Shown: positions 1-11,805 of the stretch, one piece after another
Layout: every line of letters begins with the position of its first letter
Position numbering within the stretch: the stretch's first letter is position 1
Assembly (NCBI GenBank): GCA_963749915.1
Contig: CAVVOP010000021.1
Coordinates: forward strand, 128,001-192,000
Length of the DNA stretch: 64,000 nt
Source: an uncultured cyanobacterium
Lineage (GTDB): Bacteria; Cyanobacteriota; Cyanobacteriia; Cyanobacteriales; Cyanobacteriaceae
Direction of reading: 5' to 3'
The notes under the pieces: generated by a model
Database searches by the model: none
Told to the model about the DNA's origin: nothing
The model's input: the letters and a program-made list of their open reading frames with translations, nothing else
Program-made: the position numbers and the translations under genes

Positions 1-461
1 TTACTACCCGCCGAGAGAAAACAGTCACCAGCCCGGTAAAAACAGCCCTTATAACGGACAAAATCATTTTTGAGGGGGGGACCCAAAATCGCAACTAGAT
101 CCCCTTCCTGCTTCGTATTCTCTTGAATGACAATGGTGTCAGCCCCTTGAGGTAAAATTGCCCCCGTAAAAATTCGGGAAGTTTCTCCCGCCGAAATGGC
201 TTTTTGTGGAGGGTATCCGGCAGGAATTTCTTCTATTATCTTTAAGAACACCGGATGATCCTTACTTGCCATCGCCACATCTTGAAATTTAACGGCATAA
301 CCATCCATCGCCGAATTATCATCATCAGGAAAATCGAAAACAGAGGTAATATTTTCCGCTAAAATACGATTAGTAGCTTGATATAAGGGGACAAATTCCT
401 TATCTGCTAGAGGCTTAACTAAATCGAGAATTATTTTTTCAACTTCCGTAACAGTGAACAT
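1..461 (-). CDS. moeA: Molybdopterin molybdotransferase MoeA, N-terminal part (runs off window start)
   Basis: Manual translation from ATG at 461: MFTVTEVEKIILDLVKPL...NRILAENITSVFDFPDDDNSAMDGYAV...SRIFTGAILPQGADTIVIQE. SAMDGYA and IFTGA..P.GAD..VIQE are MoeA motifs. Confidence 0.93.
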   Translation of the reverse strand, partial: MFTVTEVEKIILDLVKPLADKEFVPLYQATNRILAENITSVFDFPDDDNSAMDGYAVKFQDVAMASKDHPVFLKIIEEIPAGYPPQKAISAGETSRIFTGAILPQGADTIVIQENTKQEGDLVAILGPPLKNDFVRYKGCFYRAGDCFLSAGS

Positions 462-597
462 GGTATTAAATAATTGATAATGAATGATTGATATTTGATA
501 TTGTGCCACAGACACCTTGCCTGTAATTGTTAATATGATTGATTGTCAATATCATTCATGGCTAATCGACAAAAATGTACTTACAAAATTATAATCC

Positions 598-1845
598 GTG
601 AAACAAAATCAAAAACAGATACAAAAAGCAACTCTGAGTAACGGCATAACCCTGATAGTAATCGAAAATCTCACCACAGAAATCATTGCCGGAAGAATTT
701 TTTGTCGTCACGCTGGGAGTTTATGGGAATCAACTAATCAAGCAGGGATTTTCAACCTCTTAGCCAGTGTCATGTCAAAGGGCACTCACAACCTGTCTTC
801 CCTAGAAATCGCCGAAAAAGTAGAATCCATTGGTGCGGCATTAAGTACAGATACTTCTAATGATTATTTTTTAGTGAGTTTAAAAACCATTACGGCTGAT
901 TTTCTCGAAATTTTAGCCCTAGCGGCAGAAATTCTCCGTTTTCCGTCTTTTCCCGACCATGAAATTGAACTGGAAAAGGATATCATCTTAAAAAATATTT
1001 TATCTCAAAAAGAACAACCTTTTAATCTTGCTTTCAGTCAGCTTAGAGAAATGATTTACGGGCAACATCCTTACGGTTTTTCGGTATTAGGCACAGAAAA
1101 AACTGTGAGGGAGTTGACGGTAGATAATTTAAAACAGTGTCATCAAAAACATTTTAGTCCTGACAATTTAATTATTAGTCTAGCAGGAAAAATAAATCTG
1201 GCTGAAGCAATTCCAATGGTGGAAGAAATTTTTGGTGATTGGCAACCATCCAATATCAGAACCCCTCAAATTAACCCTTATCCCCTCTACCCTCAATCAA
1301 GCAATCGTAAAATTGAGCAAGCCACCCAACAGACTATTATCATGATGGGATACCTCGCACCAGAAATGAAAAACCCTGATTATCCTGTCATCAAATTATT
1401 GACTGCCTATCTAGGAAATGGACTTTCTAGCCGTTTATTTGTGGAATTGAGAGAAAAACGAGGATTAGCTTACGATGTTTCCGCTTTTTATCCCACTAGA
1501 ATAGATAAATCTCAATTTGTGGTATATATGGGAACTGCTCCTAATAATACAGAAATGGGTCAAGAAGGATTATACAATGAAATAAAGCACTTAAGAGAAG
1601 AAAAACTAAGTAGAGAAGAGTTAGAAACGGCAAAAAGTAAATTATTAGGACAATATGCCTTAGGAAAACAAACAAACGCAGAATTTGCCCAGATTTTCGG
1701 TTGGTATGAAACCCTCGGTTTAGGCGTTGAATATGACACTATTTTCCCTGAAGAAATAACCAACGTCACCCTAAAAGATATACAAAGAGTCGCCAATGAT
1801 TATTTTCAAGACGACTTTTTATGTACATCAATAGTGGGACAATAA
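598..1845 (+). CDS. M16 (pitrilysin/insulinase) family peptidase, probably the non-catalytic subunit
   Basis: LSNGITLIV N-terminus, GNGLSSRLFVELREKRGLAY motif. The HxxEH zinc motif is absent (NLLAS at that position). Confidence 0.88.
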   Translation: MKQNQKQIQKATLSNGITLIVIENLTTEIIAGRIFCRHAGSLWESTNQAGIFNLLASVMSKGTHNLSSLEIAEKVESIGAALSTDTSNDYFLVSLKTITADFLEILALAAEILRFPSFPDHEIELEKDIILKNILSQKEQPFNLAFSQLREMIYGQHPYGFSVLGTEKTVRELTVDNLKQCHQKHFSPDNLIISLAGKINLAEAIPMVEEIFGDWQPSNIRTPQINPYPLYPQSSNRKIEQATQQTIIMMGYLAPEMKNPDYPVIKLLTAYLGNGLSSRLFVELREKRGLAYDVSAFYPTRIDKSQFVVYMGTAPNNTEMGQEGLYNEIKHLREEKLSREELETAKSKLLGQYALGKQTNAEFAQIFGWYETLGLGVEYDTIFPEEITNVTLKDIQRVANDYFQDDFLCTSIVGQ

Positions 1846-1915
1846 ATCAACAATTAACAGATTAATTACCGAGATTACTTAAAAAATCTTCAAGGGATAC
1901 ATTACAAATTCAAGA

Positions 1916-2069
1916 GTGAACTACCTACACTGAACTCAGAGATTACAGTTTAGGCTTCCTGGCCAGAAACCAGCGCAGTAGTGGATTTTTTCCGTCCTCC
2001 CTTACTCCGTCTTACAGTTTGGCGACAGGCTTTTTCCCCCGTTCCAGAGGTCTTTAATATTCGTAGTCC
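1916..2069 (-). mobile_element. Orphan right end of an IS200/IS605 (tnpB) element, omegaRNA-like remnant
   Basis: Minus strand reads in frame GLRILKTSGTGEKACRQTVRRSKGGRKKSTTALVSGQEA*, resembling cyanobacterial TnpB C-terminal tails. It is followed by hairpin CCTAAACTG-N13-CAGTGTAGG and terminal TAGTTCAC. Confidence 0.72.
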
Positions 2070-2087
2070 TTTCTTATCTTACACTTT

Positions 2088-3206
2088 TTAGCCTCCAAAA
2101 GCAACGGGAAAAGCTAATTTTAAAGCAGCGGTTAATAATAAATTGACTAGGGAGACTGGTAACAAGAATTTCCAACCTAAATCTAATAATTGATCAATTC
2201 TGACACGGGGTACAGTCCAACGCAATAAAATGGCAATGAAGATGAGGAAATAGGCTTTTAACAACATCATGCTGATACCTAGAGAAGCTGTAATAACTTG
2301 TAACCAAGAGGTATTTTTACTTACGCCTATCCAATCAGCAAGGTTATTTAAAGGAATTGGAAATTCCCAACCACCAAGATATAACACAGCGAAAACGAGG
2401 GCTGATAACACTAGATTAACATAAGAGCCTACATAAAATAGACCAAATTTCATGCCAGTATATTCCGTTTGATAACCTGCCACTAATTCTTCTTCTGCTT
2501 CGGGTAAGTCAAAGGGTAAGCGCTCACATTCCGCTAAGGCCGCTATCCAAAATACAAGAAATCCAACGGGTTGCCTCCAAATATTCCATCCTAAAATACC
2601 ATAGCCTGATTGTTGATCAACTATATCTATAGTACTTAAACTATTAGACATCATGGCGACTGCCAACACAGATAAAGCAAGGGGTATTTCATAACTAATA
2701 GATTGTGCTGCCGCCCGTAATCCTCCCAATAAGGCATACTTATTATTAGAGGCATAGCCAGACATCAATAAACCGATGGGTGCAATGCTAGAAAGAGAAA
2801 TCCAGAGGAAAATACCCACGTTTAAGTCAGTAATAACCAAATTTTGCCCAAAGGGTACAATTAAATAAGAAAGGAAAACGGGTATTACTACGATAGCAGG
2901 GCCTAGGGTAAATAAGACACTATCGGCTTTTGCTGGTATGACATCCTCCTTAAAAACTAATTTGATACCATCAGCTACGGGTTGAAGTACTCCAAGAGGC
3001 CCTGCATATTCAGGGCCGATTCTTTGTTGTGCGGCGGCGGAAATTTTTCTTTCCAACCACACACTAACTAATACTCCTACCGTAGCACCGATAATCATTA
3101 AACCCAAGGGTAAGGGTATCCAGAGGGTTTTCGCTAATTCTGGTGATACTCCAAAGTCCGTAAGGGAGGTGATAAAACTTCCTTGTAAATCAATTCCTGA
3201 ATTCAT
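2088..3206 (-). CDS. ndhA: NAD(P)H-quinone oxidoreductase subunit 1
   Basis: [62 protein letters not shown]. Confidence 0.98.
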   Translation of the reverse strand: MNSGIDLQGSFITSLTDFGVSPELAKTLWIPLPLGLMIIGATVGVLVSVWLERKISAAAQQRIGPEYAGPLGVLQPVADGIKLVFKEDVIPAKADSVLFTLGPAIVVIPVFLSYLIVPFGQNLVITDLNVGIFLWISLSSIAPIGLLMSGYASNNKYALLGGLRAAAQSISYEIPLALSVLAVAMMSNSLSTIDIVDQQSGYGILGWNIWRQPVGFLVFWIAALAECERLPFDLPEAEEELVAGYQTEYTGMKFGLFYVGSYVNLVLSALVFAVLYLGGWEFPIPLNNLADWIGVSKNTSWLQVITASLGISMMLLKAYFLIFIAILLRWTVPRVRIDQLLDLGWKFLLPVSLVNLLLTAALKLAFPVAFGG

Positions 3207-3567
3207 TGTCAGTTATTTTATAGATCTCAATGTTATTTTAGGCTTTTTTTGGTAATAATTGACAATGGACAACAGAGAATGGAGAATTAATAATTGGCAA
3301 TTATATAGATAAGATGTTTTTGCCAAAATCGATCCCAATTCTACAGGCAAGATGCCCATAGTAATCCTAAGTCCGTTGTGGTATTTGTTTCCCCTCCAAC
3401 CCCTGACAAGGGTAAGTTTTTTACAAACTGTTGATGGCAATACAAGGAGGACAAGGAGGGAAAGTAGACGTGGACAAGGGAGGTGATATTCGGAAAATAC
3501 CATATACTCAAGTCAATTATTTGATGTGATTTTGACTATAATCTAACAAGTAAAACTGATAATAAAA

Positions 3568-4302
3568 ATGTCTATTTATCGATCGAACTTTTTTCCTCAA
3601 AATACCATCCTAAATAGTAAAATTTTTAGGAGCTTAAATAATCGTAAAATTTATTTATTTATCCTAGGATTAACCTTGAGCATTGGTGATATAAAACTTA
3701 TTTTAGCCACTTCAATTTTTGCGGGGACAATGTTGTTTAGCTATCAAATAAAGAATGGATCATGGAGAAAATATAACCAATACTTAACTGAACTTTTAAC
3801 AAGTCAAAATAAGCAACTAATTTTGTCCGTAACTACCGCAGGAACTTTAGCAATTACAAGTTATATCATCTTAAATATTTGGGCAGAAATAGATAATAAA
3901 TGGCTAGCATTAGGTATTATTTTGCAAACCATGTTTTCAACGGCAGGCATAGGATTTATTAGTCATAAATTATGGGGAAAAAAACCTGCTGAAGATGAAC
4001 AATATTTTTTATCTTTTGCTGAATTTATTAATCAATTAAATGCCGATTCACCTCTACAGCGTTTATGGAGTATCAATCAAATTATGGATTTATGGCATAA
4101 TAATCAACTGACTTCTTCTCAAATTAATCAGGTCAAAGAATATTTTATTTTATTAAAGGATATTGAGATTGAATCGATAATAATAAATAAACTCAATAAA
4201 AGTTTGCAAAAGATATCTTCAACTTCTCTGCAACCTCTAAATTTTCCTCATAAAGTTAGTCAAAATTTAACAAGAAAAACTCATGTCATAATCAATAATT
4301 AA
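3568..4302 (+). CDS. Hypothetical membrane protein
   Basis: 244-aa ORF with 3-4 hydrophobic segments and a helical C-terminus (PLQRLWSI). Confidence 0.6.
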   Translation: MSIYRSNFFPQNTILNSKIFRSLNNRKIYLFILGLTLSIGDIKLILATSIFAGTMLFSYQIKNGSWRKYNQYLTELLTSQNKQLILSVTTAGTLAITSYIILNIWAEIDNKWLALGIILQTMFSTAGIGFISHKLWGKKPAEDEQYFLSFAEFINQLNADSPLQRLWSINQIMDLWHNNQLTSSQINQVKEYFILLKDIEIESIIINKLNKSLQKISSTSLQPLNFPHKVSQNLTRKTHVIINN

Positions 4303-4388
4303 GAATCAATAATTAAGAGTCAGTCCTCATGAAAAAAATTTAGTGATTTTCGCCAAAATGTTACATTTTATTAAGATTACTGATTTTG

Positions 4389-4402
4389 GTAACAAAATAT
4401 AC
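4389..4402 (+). promoter_or_regulatory. NtcA box upstream of gifA, in a repressor-type position
   Basis: GTA-ACAAAATA-TAC (GTA-N8-TAC), 11 nt upstream of a TAAGAT -10 at 4414-4419. NtcA repression of gifA is established in cyanobacteria. Confidence 0.8.
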
Positions 4403-4455
4403 AGAAAATAATTTAAGATGTAAGTGTATAGAGAGAAAATTAGGAGGAAAAAGAT

Positions 4456-4656
4456 ATGGATACTCAAAATCAAGCCCGTGCTTTAATGATGCGTCATCAT
4501 AAAATGGTTAAAAATCGTCAACAATCAATGTTAGGTCGTACTGCTTCCGAAATCGGTATGGACATTAACCCTTCTGAATATTGGAATCCAACCCAAGGCA
4601 GACCTAACCCCAGTTTCCGTGTTAGTTATGATCGTAGTCATGCTTCTCTAAGCTAG
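4456..4656 (+). CDS. gifA: Glutamine synthetase inactivating factor IF7
   Basis: QARALMMRHH..KNRQQSML.R.A.EIG...QG.P..SFR..YDRS.ASLS; AGGAGG RBS. Confidence 0.93.
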   Translation: MDTQNQARALMMRHHKMVKNRQQSMLGRTASEIGMDINPSEYWNPTQGRPNPSFRVSYDRSHASLS

Positions 4657-4785
4657 TTTTAATATGTGTTGCTTGAGAATGGGAAGCTGGATAATTGACA
4701 GTTGACAATGGGTGGTTGACGGTGATTGTTTTTGTGGTTCTGGGTTGGGGATCTAAATTAATTGCTGGTTGTTAATTGCTAATTG

Positions 4786-6159
4786 TTAATTGTTGATTAT
4801 TTCTTCGTACATTTTCAAATATTCGAGGGCAGATTTGTCCCAACTAAAATCTTGACTCATGGCCCGGGTTTGTAGTTTTTGCCATTCTTTTTTAAAACGA
4901 AAACCCTCATAGGCTCGAATCATACAAGTATATAAGTCTAAGGCCTCATAGCGATCGAAACTGTACCCAGTACCGGATTCGGCCGTGGGTTCAAAGAAAG
5001 AAACTGTATCCACTAAACCGCCAGTTTTACGCACAATGGGAATCGCACCATAACGCATTGCCAATAGTTGGCTGATGCCACAAGGCTCGAATCGGGAAGG
5101 CATTAAAAAGGCATCTATACCGCTATAAACTCGGCGAGAAATAGCCTCATTATGTAATAACTGTAGCGAAATTCGCCCCCGATGACGAGAAGACATTTCC
5201 CATAATTGTGTCTCATAAAAGCGATCGCCTGTACCAAGAATGATGAGTTGAGCATCGGTATAAGCTAAAACTCGATCAAGGGTTTGTAATACTAAATCAA
5301 TCCCTTTTTGTTCCACTAAACGAGTAACCATCCCTACTAAAAAAGCATTGCGGTTGACTTCTAAACCAGATTCTTCCTGAAGTTTAACCTTATTCATTCG
5401 CCGTTTATCAATGGTTTCCGCCGTGAAATTTTGATGAATTAACTTATCCGTGGCAGGATCATATTTATCTGTATCGATACCATTAACAATTCCCCGCAAT
5501 TTACCACTAATCCAAGACAATAAGCCATACAAATTTTCCCCGTATTCAGGTGTTTTAATTTGTGCGGCATAGGTCGGAGAAACGGTGTTAACTAAATTAG
5601 CAAATTGTAAAGCCGCCGACATCGTGTTGTCCCCCAGCATATACCAGGGACACCATGTCATCTGTTCTAATAAATTTCGTCCAGGTCCTTGATATGCTAA
5701 ATTATGAATCGTAAATATAGTACTGATATCAGGAGATTGGTGCATCCAGACAGGAATCATCCCTGTATGCCAATCATGGCAGTGAATAATCTCTGGTTTC
5801 CAATAATTCCAGACAAATTCCGCAGCACCATTGGAGAAAAAGGTAAAACGCCAATATTCATCATCGCCACCATAGATGTTACGCCCTCCAAAACAAGGAT
5901 GACCAAAAAGGTATAAAGGTACATCAGTCCCAGGTAATACTGTTTCATATACCGCAAACTTTTGAAACATGGCATCACCCCACCAAATTGGTTCACTGGG
6001 GACATCTAGCTTATCAGGTAAAAAGCCATAATAAGGCATAAAAATCCGTACATCATGACCCAATTTGCGTAAAATCTGAGGTAACGCACCCACAACATCC
6101 CCCATTCCCCCCACTTTAGCTACTGGTGCAGCCTCCGCTGCTACAAATAGAATTTGCAT
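4786..6159 (-). CDS. glgA: Glycogen synthase
   Basis: [53 protein letters not shown]. Confidence 0.97.
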   Translation of the reverse strand: MQILFVAAEAAPVAKVGGMGDVVGALPQILRKLGHDVRIFMPYYGFLPDKLDVPSEPIWWGDAMFQKFAVYETVLPGTDVPLYLFGHPCFGGRNIYGGDDEYWRFTFFSNGAAEFVWNYWKPEIIHCHDWHTGMIPVWMHQSPDISTIFTIHNLAYQGPGRNLLEQMTWCPWYMLGDNTMSAALQFANLVNTVSPTYAAQIKTPEYGENLYGLLSWISGKLRGIVNGIDTDKYDPATDKLIHQNFTAETIDKRRMNKVKLQEESGLEVNRNAFLVGMVTRLVEQKGIDLVLQTLDRVLAYTDAQLIILGTGDRFYETQLWEMSSRHRGRISLQLLHNEAISRRVYSGIDAFLMPSRFEPCGISQLLAMRYGAIPIVRKTGGLVDTVSFFEPTAESGTGYSFDRYEALDLYTCMIRAYEGFRFKKEWQKLQTRAMSQDFSWDKSALEYLKMYEEIINN

Positions 6160-6346
6160 AGTGATTTAGTTTAAGTGTGTTTTCTAAAGACTAGGGTGAT
6201 TGTGACATAATCTTAGTACTTATGCAAAATAAATTTTTCCGAGTCTTGTTATTACCTATTCCCTATTACCTATTCCCTAATTTCCGGCAGAAGTCCAACT
6301 ACTTATTGATTGTTTGTAGGGTTATTGTAAAAATACTAGTTTATTA

Positions 6347-9148
6347 CTAATTTTTCAGATACTTAGCTAAGTAAGATTTTTTAGATTGAGCGATTTTTTC
6401 TGGTGTGCCAATGGCGATTAATTCACCGCCTTTATCGCCACCTTCTAAGCCTAAATCGATAATCCAATCCCCACATTTTATTACATCTAAATTATGTTCA
6501 ATAACGACGATGGAATTGCCTTTGTCTGCTAATTTTTGCAAGACATTTAATAAGTGGTGAACATCATAAAATGATAGTCCTGTCGTTGGTTCGTCTATTA
6601 AGTATATCGTTTTTCCGGTAGCACGGCGGGACAATTCCGTGGCCAGTTTCACCCGTTGTGCTTCTCCTCCTGATAATGTAGTCGCCGATTGCCCTAATTT
6701 GATATAAGTTAAACCCACGTCAACTAAGGTTTGTAGGCGATTCACCGCCCGGGGGATATTTTCAAATACTTGTAAGGCTTCCTCCACTGTCATGTCCAAC
6801 ACGTCGGCGACAGAATATCCTTTATACTTAACTTGTAAGGTTTCCCTGTTATACCTTGCACCCTTGCAGATTTCACATTGTACATAAACATCGGGTAAAA
6901 AATTCATGGAGATGATATTAACCCCTTGCCCTCCACAGGCTTCACATCTTCCTCCCTTAACGTTGAAAGAAAATCGCCCTGGTTTATAACCCCTTGCTTT
7001 GGCTTCGATGGTTTGAGTAAACATTTCCCGAATTATATCAAAAACCCCCGTATAGGTCGCAGGATTCGATCGAGGGGTGCGCCCAATGGGGGATTGATCG
7101 ATGACAATAACTTTATCAACAGCTTCTATCCCCTCAAGAGATTCTAATTCTTTAGGGAAAGGTACGTTACGGTTAAGATGATGTTGTAGGGCAGGATATA
7201 ACAATTCATTGACGAGGGTAGATTTTCCTGAACCTGAGACCCCAGTGACACAGACGAATTTACCTAAAGGTATCTCGACGTCAATGTTTTTCAAGTTATT
7301 ACGGTGACAGTTTTTCAGAGTTAAAAATTTCCCGTTGCCTTTCCTTTTTGTTTCTGGTATCTCAATTTTTCTCCTACCTGATAAATAAGCCCCTGTTAAG
7401 GATTTGTCACATTGTAAAAGTTGCTGAAAATTCCCTTGAACGACGATTTCGCCCCCGTGTGTCCCTGCTTTAACCCCAATATCAACAATATAATCGGCGG
7501 TCTTGATTGTATCTTCATCATGTTCTACAATAATTAAAGTATTATCGAGATCCCGTAATTTTTTTAAGGTTTCCAATAGTCGATGGTTATCTCGTTGATG
7601 TAAACCGATACTAGGCTCGTCTAAAACATATAATACTCCAGTCAATCCTGATCCGATTTGAGTGGCTAATCTGATTCGTTGTGCTTCTCCTCCTGATAAA
7701 GTCATGGCAGTTCGATCTAAACTGAGATAGTCTAAACCGACATCAAGTAAAAATTTGAGACGTGCTTTGATTTCTCTTAATGCCAAGTCTGCGATAAGTG
7801 CTTGTTTGGGCGTTAACTGTATCCGGTTAATTCGGTTGGCACATTCTCCAATGGAGACGCTGGTTAAGTTATCGATATTGTATTGCCCTAATTTGACGGC
7901 AAGAGCTTCGGGTTTTAGCCGTTTTCCGTGACAAACTTCGCAGGGTTTATATTCCAAGTATTGCTCTAATTTTTGCTTGATAACCTCCGAGTTACTTTCT
8001 TGATAGGTTTTATCCAACATGGGAATCACGCCACGATAGTAACCATACTGGGTGTTTTGAATCTCCTTATCACCATATAACAAAATGTGCTTTTGTTGCT
8101 CTGTTAAAGTATGGTAGGGTTGGGTTAATTTAAACTTATATTCTTGAGAAACATATTCTAAAAGTGATTCATAGTAGGGGTTATCCTTTTCCGCCCAAGG
8201 TGCGATCGCTTTTATTACCATTGCAGTGGGATCCGGGACAATCAAATCAGGTGAAAATTGCCTTAAACTGCCCAACCCGTGACAATTTGGACAAGCACCA
8301 TAGGGTGAGTTAAAAGAAAAAAGGCGGGGTGACAATTCCTCCATTACTGCCCCATGAGTAGGACAAGCAAATTTTTCCGAAAACACCATTTCTCGATGCT
8401 CTCCTCTTATGGGAGGGGGATCGAAGACGGGGGTATTTTCCCCTATAATCTCGACAATGGCGATACCGTCAGCAATTTTTAAACAAGTAGAGAGAGAGTC
8501 GGCTAACCTTTCTTGAAGATTGGCCTTGATAATAAGGCGATCAATTAAAACACTGATATGGTGATGTTGTTGACTTTTGAGCTGAATATTGTCCGCTAAA
8601 TCTCGAATTTTCCCGTTAATCTTCGCCCTCACAAAGCCTTGGGATCTTAAACTGGATAATAGTTGATGATGATTACCTTTTTTTCCTCTAATAACGGGCG
8701 CTAATAAATGTATCTTGGTTTTTTCCGGTAACGATAAAACTCGATCGCACATCTCGTCAATGGTTTGCGGAGTGATAGAATGATCACATAGTGGACAATG
8801 GGGCGTTCCGGCCCTACCATAGAGTAATCGTAAATAATCGTAAATTTCGGTGACTGTACCTACCGTTGATCGAGGATTATGGGAAGTGGATTTTTGATCG
8901 ATAGAGATAGCAGGAGATAACCCCTCAATACTATCCACGTCAGGCTTGTCTAATTGCCCTAAAAATTGTCTTGCATAGGAACTCAAAGACTCTACATATC
9001 TGCGTTGTCCTTCAGCGAAAATAGTATCGAAGGCAAGAGAGGATTTGCCACTACCAGAAACTCCAGTAAAGACAATTAATTTATTACGGGGTAAATCTAA
9101 ATCAATATTTTTCAGATTGTGTTGTCTCGCACCACGAATACGAATCAT
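6347..9148 (-). CDS. uvrA: Excinuclease ABC subunit A
   Basis: GARQHNLKN, two GVSGSGKS Walker A, LSGGEAQR twice, zinc-binding CxxC motifs. Confidence 0.98.
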   Translation of the reverse strand: MIRIRGARQHNLKNIDLDLPRNKLIVFTGVSGSGKSSLAFDTIFAEGQRRYVESLSSYARQFLGQLDKPDVDSIEGLSPAISIDQKSTSHNPRSTVGTVTEIYDYLRLLYGRAGTPHCPLCDHSITPQTIDEMCDRVLSLPEKTKIHLLAPVIRGKKGNHHQLLSSLRSQGFVRAKINGKIRDLADNIQLKSQQHHHISVLIDRLIIKANLQERLADSLSTCLKIADGIAIVEIIGENTPVFDPPPIRGEHREMVFSEKFACPTHGAVMEELSPRLFSFNSPYGACPNCHGLGSLRQFSPDLIVPDPTAMVIKAIAPWAEKDNPYYESLLEYVSQEYKFKLTQPYHTLTEQQKHILLYGDKEIQNTQYGYYRGVIPMLDKTYQESNSEVIKQKLEQYLEYKPCEVCHGKRLKPEALAVKLGQYNIDNLTSVSIGECANRINRIQLTPKQALIADLALREIKARLKFLLDVGLDYLSLDRTAMTLSGGEAQRIRLATQIGSGLTGVLYVLDEPSIGLHQRDNHRLLETLKKLRDLDNTLIIVEHDEDTIKTADYIVDIGVKAGTHGGEIVVQGNFQQLLQCDKSLTGAYLSGRRKIEIPETKRKGNGKFLTLKNCHRNNLKNIDVEIPLGKFVCVTGVSGSGKSTLVNELLYPALQHHLNRNVPFPKELESLEGIEAVDKVIVIDQSPIGRTPRSNPATYTGVFDIIREMFTQTIEAKARGYKPGRFSFNVKGGRCEACGGQGVNIISMNFLPDVYVQCEICKGARYNRETLQVKYKGYSVADVLDMTVEEALQVFENIPRAVNRLQTLVDVGLTYIKLGQSATTLSGGEAQRVKLATELSRRATGKTIYLIDEPTTGLSFYDVHHLLNVLQKLADKGNSIVVIEHNLDVIKCGDWIIDLGLEGGDKGGELIAIGTPEKIAQSKKSYLAKYLKN

Positions 9149-9206
9149 GAATTTTCAGTAATTAGTAAGGAATAAGTTAAGAAAAAGAGTTTTATTCTAG
9201 CTCAAA

Positions 9207-9995
9207 TTATATCTTTTTTCTATGCAAATCTAATACATAATAGTAGAGTGCAACTGGTTTATCAAAAGCTAAAAAATAATCAGGATCTTGGGGTGATAAA
9301 TAAATAGCAGTAACCTGTTGTCCTTGAATATAATCTTTATTAATCAGATGATATTTTGTTGTGGTTTCTACTAAGTTTAAATAAATGCTATTCGGACGAC
9401 GAAAAAATTGTCCAGTGACCTCGCTGGTGAGAAAATATGTATTGGAAAGTGTTTCTTGTTTCCTTCCTATTACTGTAGAAATTAGCTCATTTTCTCCCTC
9501 AAATTTGGTTATCTGTTCCGCAGAATTATCTTTACTAATTATAACATTTTTAATTTTTTTAGCCCCTAAATATGCCTGAGAGATCGATAATCCATTAAAA
9601 GCTCGATCAGGAATAATAACCTCTTCTTTGTTAATAACACTAGCAACAAAATTATCATTTTTAGGGGGTAAAATTATCGGTATGAATTGTACTTGAAAAT
9701 TGATTTCTCTATCTATATATTCAGCATTACTATCAAAACCGGGAGTTTTAAATCTGGGCGATAACGGTGCAATTTGTTCTTTTAAGGTGTTGCCAACATT
9801 CCATCTACCTTCAAACCATGACGGAAAAATTAATTCTTCTCTGGGGGTTGGCAGAGAAAGTTGATGATCCCAATGGGGATATTCTGTTATTCTTTGATCT
9901 AAAGTCTCACTATTAACCTGAGAAATATTGAATAAAAAACTGCCCAATATTGTTATAATAAAAAGAATATTTTTAACAATAAAATAATTATCCAT
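9207..9995 (-). CDS. Conserved cyanobacterial exported hypothetical protein (DUF6816-like)
   Basis: N-terminal hydrophobic signal; FPSWFEG.W, DRAFNG, YLSPQDPDYF motifs. Confidence 0.6.
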   Translation of the reverse strand: MDNYFIVKNILFIITILGSFLFNISQVNSETLDQRITEYPHWDHQLSLPTPREELIFPSWFEGRWNVGNTLKEQIAPLSPRFKTPGFDSNAEYIDREINFQVQFIPIILPPKNDNFVASVINKEEVIIPDRAFNGLSISQAYLGAKKIKNVIISKDNSAEQITKFEGENELISTVIGRKQETLSNTYFLTSEVTGQFFRRPNSIYLNLVETTTKYHLINKDYIQGQQVTAIYLSPQDPDYFLAFDKPVALYYYVLDLHRKKI

Positions 9996-10167
9996 AAATA
10001 TAAAAGCTCAAAAATATTTATAATAAATTTTCAAATTTTAAGGCTTATGGTGAAGGCTAAAGCCTTTTTATCCTTAACATATCAAGATTTTAACACCCGA
10101 AAGGGCTTCCCAAGAACTTAAACTAATTAGCTCCATTACTTACTATTTTATTATTAACTATAATTAC

Positions 10168-10584
10168 ATGGCACTAACACTAAATAACTTAATTTCAATG
10201 GCAGAAGATCAATTAACACAATATAGCACCGATGCCCTGAAAGTTGAAAAGTTGCGCCGTAAAATTGGGATCGCTTTAACTTTTAAAGAACAACAAAAAT
10301 TAAAGGAAGAATTATTGGCGAACATGCCTCGAGGATTTTGGGCAAAAAAGTTGGAAAAAGAGCGTCAAACTTTTGCTTTACCTTTTTGGGGTATTGCCGG
10401 ATTAGGTTTATTATTAGGCATTTCTTCTCAACAATATTTAGATTTCCTCGCCCCAGCGATCGCACTTCCTATTGCTATTAAAATTCAACAAATGGGATGG
10501 AAACTTCAAGCCCAAACTTTACTATTAAAAACTTTTGAAGACATCGAAAAAAGGTTAAAAAATGCCAATAATTCACCAGGGTAA
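10168..10584 (+). CDS. Conserved hypothetical membrane protein
   Basis: 138 aa with ALPFWGIAGLGLLLGIS transmembrane segment; host-like composition. Confidence 0.7.
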   Translation: MALTLNNLISMAEDQLTQYSTDALKVEKLRRKIGIALTFKEQQKLKEELLANMPRGFWAKKLEKERQTFALPFWGIAGLGLLLGISSQQYLDFLAPAIALPIAIKIQQMGWKLQAQTLLLKTFEDIEKRLKNANNSPG

Positions 10585-10694
10585 TCGTATTTTAATCGAC
10601 TGGCTGAATAAACATAAATTGAAATGAAAGGAAAAAGAGGTTAGGGTATGATTTTATTGGGACCGGAGCTAAAATTTATTGATATTGATCAGCA

Positions 10695-11588
10695 ATGACA
10701 GAAAAAGAAGTAATCGGCGTAGATTTAGGCGGAACTGCCATAAAATTAGGTAGATTCCTCGAAAATGGCACTTGTTTAGAATCCGTCACCATTCCTACTC
10801 CCCAACCTGCCATCCCCTCCGTTGTTATCGATGCGATCGCATCGATGGTGAATCAATTAAATGATCATAAAAAAGCTGTCGCCTTAGGCATTGGGACACC
10901 AGGGCCCACCGATGTGGAAAGCAGAATCGCTTTAGTAGCCATTAATTTAAGTGGTTGGCAGAATGTACCCCTAGCCGATGAATTAGAGCCAAAAACGGGG
11001 TTAAAAACTATTATCGCTAATGATGCTAACTGTGCAGGATTGGGGGAAGCATGGCTAGGAGCAGGGAAAAACTATCAAAATATGATACTACTAACTTTAG
11101 GCACAGGAGTAGGTGGTGCAATCATTCTCAATGGGAAACTATTTACGGGACGTTTAGGATCAGCAGGAGAACTTGGTTTAATCACCCTCAACCCCGATGG
11201 TCATAATTGCAATAGCGGTAATCAGGGATCTCTGGAACAATACGTATCCGCCACGGCAATTTATCGAGATACTGGAAAAAACCCCGCTGAACTGGGGCAA
11301 TTAGCTCAAAATAATGACACTGAAGCCTTGAGATTTTGGCAAAATTATGGTATGCAATTAGGGGCGGGATTAGCCAGTCTAATTTATATTCTCACCCCAG
11401 AAGTGATCGTCATTGGCGGTGGTGTTAGTGCTAGTAGTAAATTTTTTCTACCTGCAACAGAAGCAGAAATTAATCGTAGAGTGTTGCTGAGTTCTCGTGC
11501 CGGCTTAAAATTGATGGTGGCAGAATTGGGCAATCAAGCAGGAATGGTGGGTGCAGCAAAATTGGCATGGCAAAATTGGAGGATTTAG
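10695..11588 (+). CDS. ROK family sugar kinase (glucokinase-like)
   Basis: IGVDLGGT, NDANCAGLGE, LTLGTGVGG, CNSGNQGSLE. Confidence 0.92.
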   Translation: MTEKEVIGVDLGGTAIKLGRFLENGTCLESVTIPTPQPAIPSVVIDAIASMVNQLNDHKKAVALGIGTPGPTDVESRIALVAINLSGWQNVPLADELEPKTGLKTIIANDANCAGLGEAWLGAGKNYQNMILLTLGTGVGGAIILNGKLFTGRLGSAGELGLITLNPDGHNCNSGNQGSLEQYVSATAIYRDTGKNPAELGQLAQNNDTEALRFWQNYGMQLGAGLASLIYILTPEVIVIGGGVSASSKFFLPATEAEINRRVLLSSRAGLKLMVAELGNQAGMVGAAKLAWQNWRI

Positions 11589-11633
11589 GTCATTGGTGAG
11601 AAGTTAAGAAAATACAATTGCTGGTGAAGACAA

Positions 11634-11661
11634 AATTACGAATTACGAATTACGAATTACG
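11634..11661 (+). repeat. Heptamer short tandem repeat (AATTACG)x4
   Basis: Four perfect copies; typical cyanobacterial STRR. Confidence 0.9.
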
Positions 11662-11805
11662 AAGAAAAAATGCTTACCAATTCTGATTTCTGAATTCTCC
11701 CTCACTTATTACTTATTACTTATCCCTCGCAGCAACGTTTTCGGTACTAACCGAGCAGTGACCCCACCTCCCGCACGCCAAAATGTTTTCATTCTGAAGG
11801 CATTA

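Noticed and set aside
3213..3503. 96-aa ORF upstream of ndhA
   Set aside because: Spans low-complexity and repeat-like intergenic DNA with no protein motif.
11747..11760. Partial match (TAACCGAGCAGT) to the 18-bp TIR next to the RTX gene
   Set aside because: No inverted partner found on the other side of the gene.
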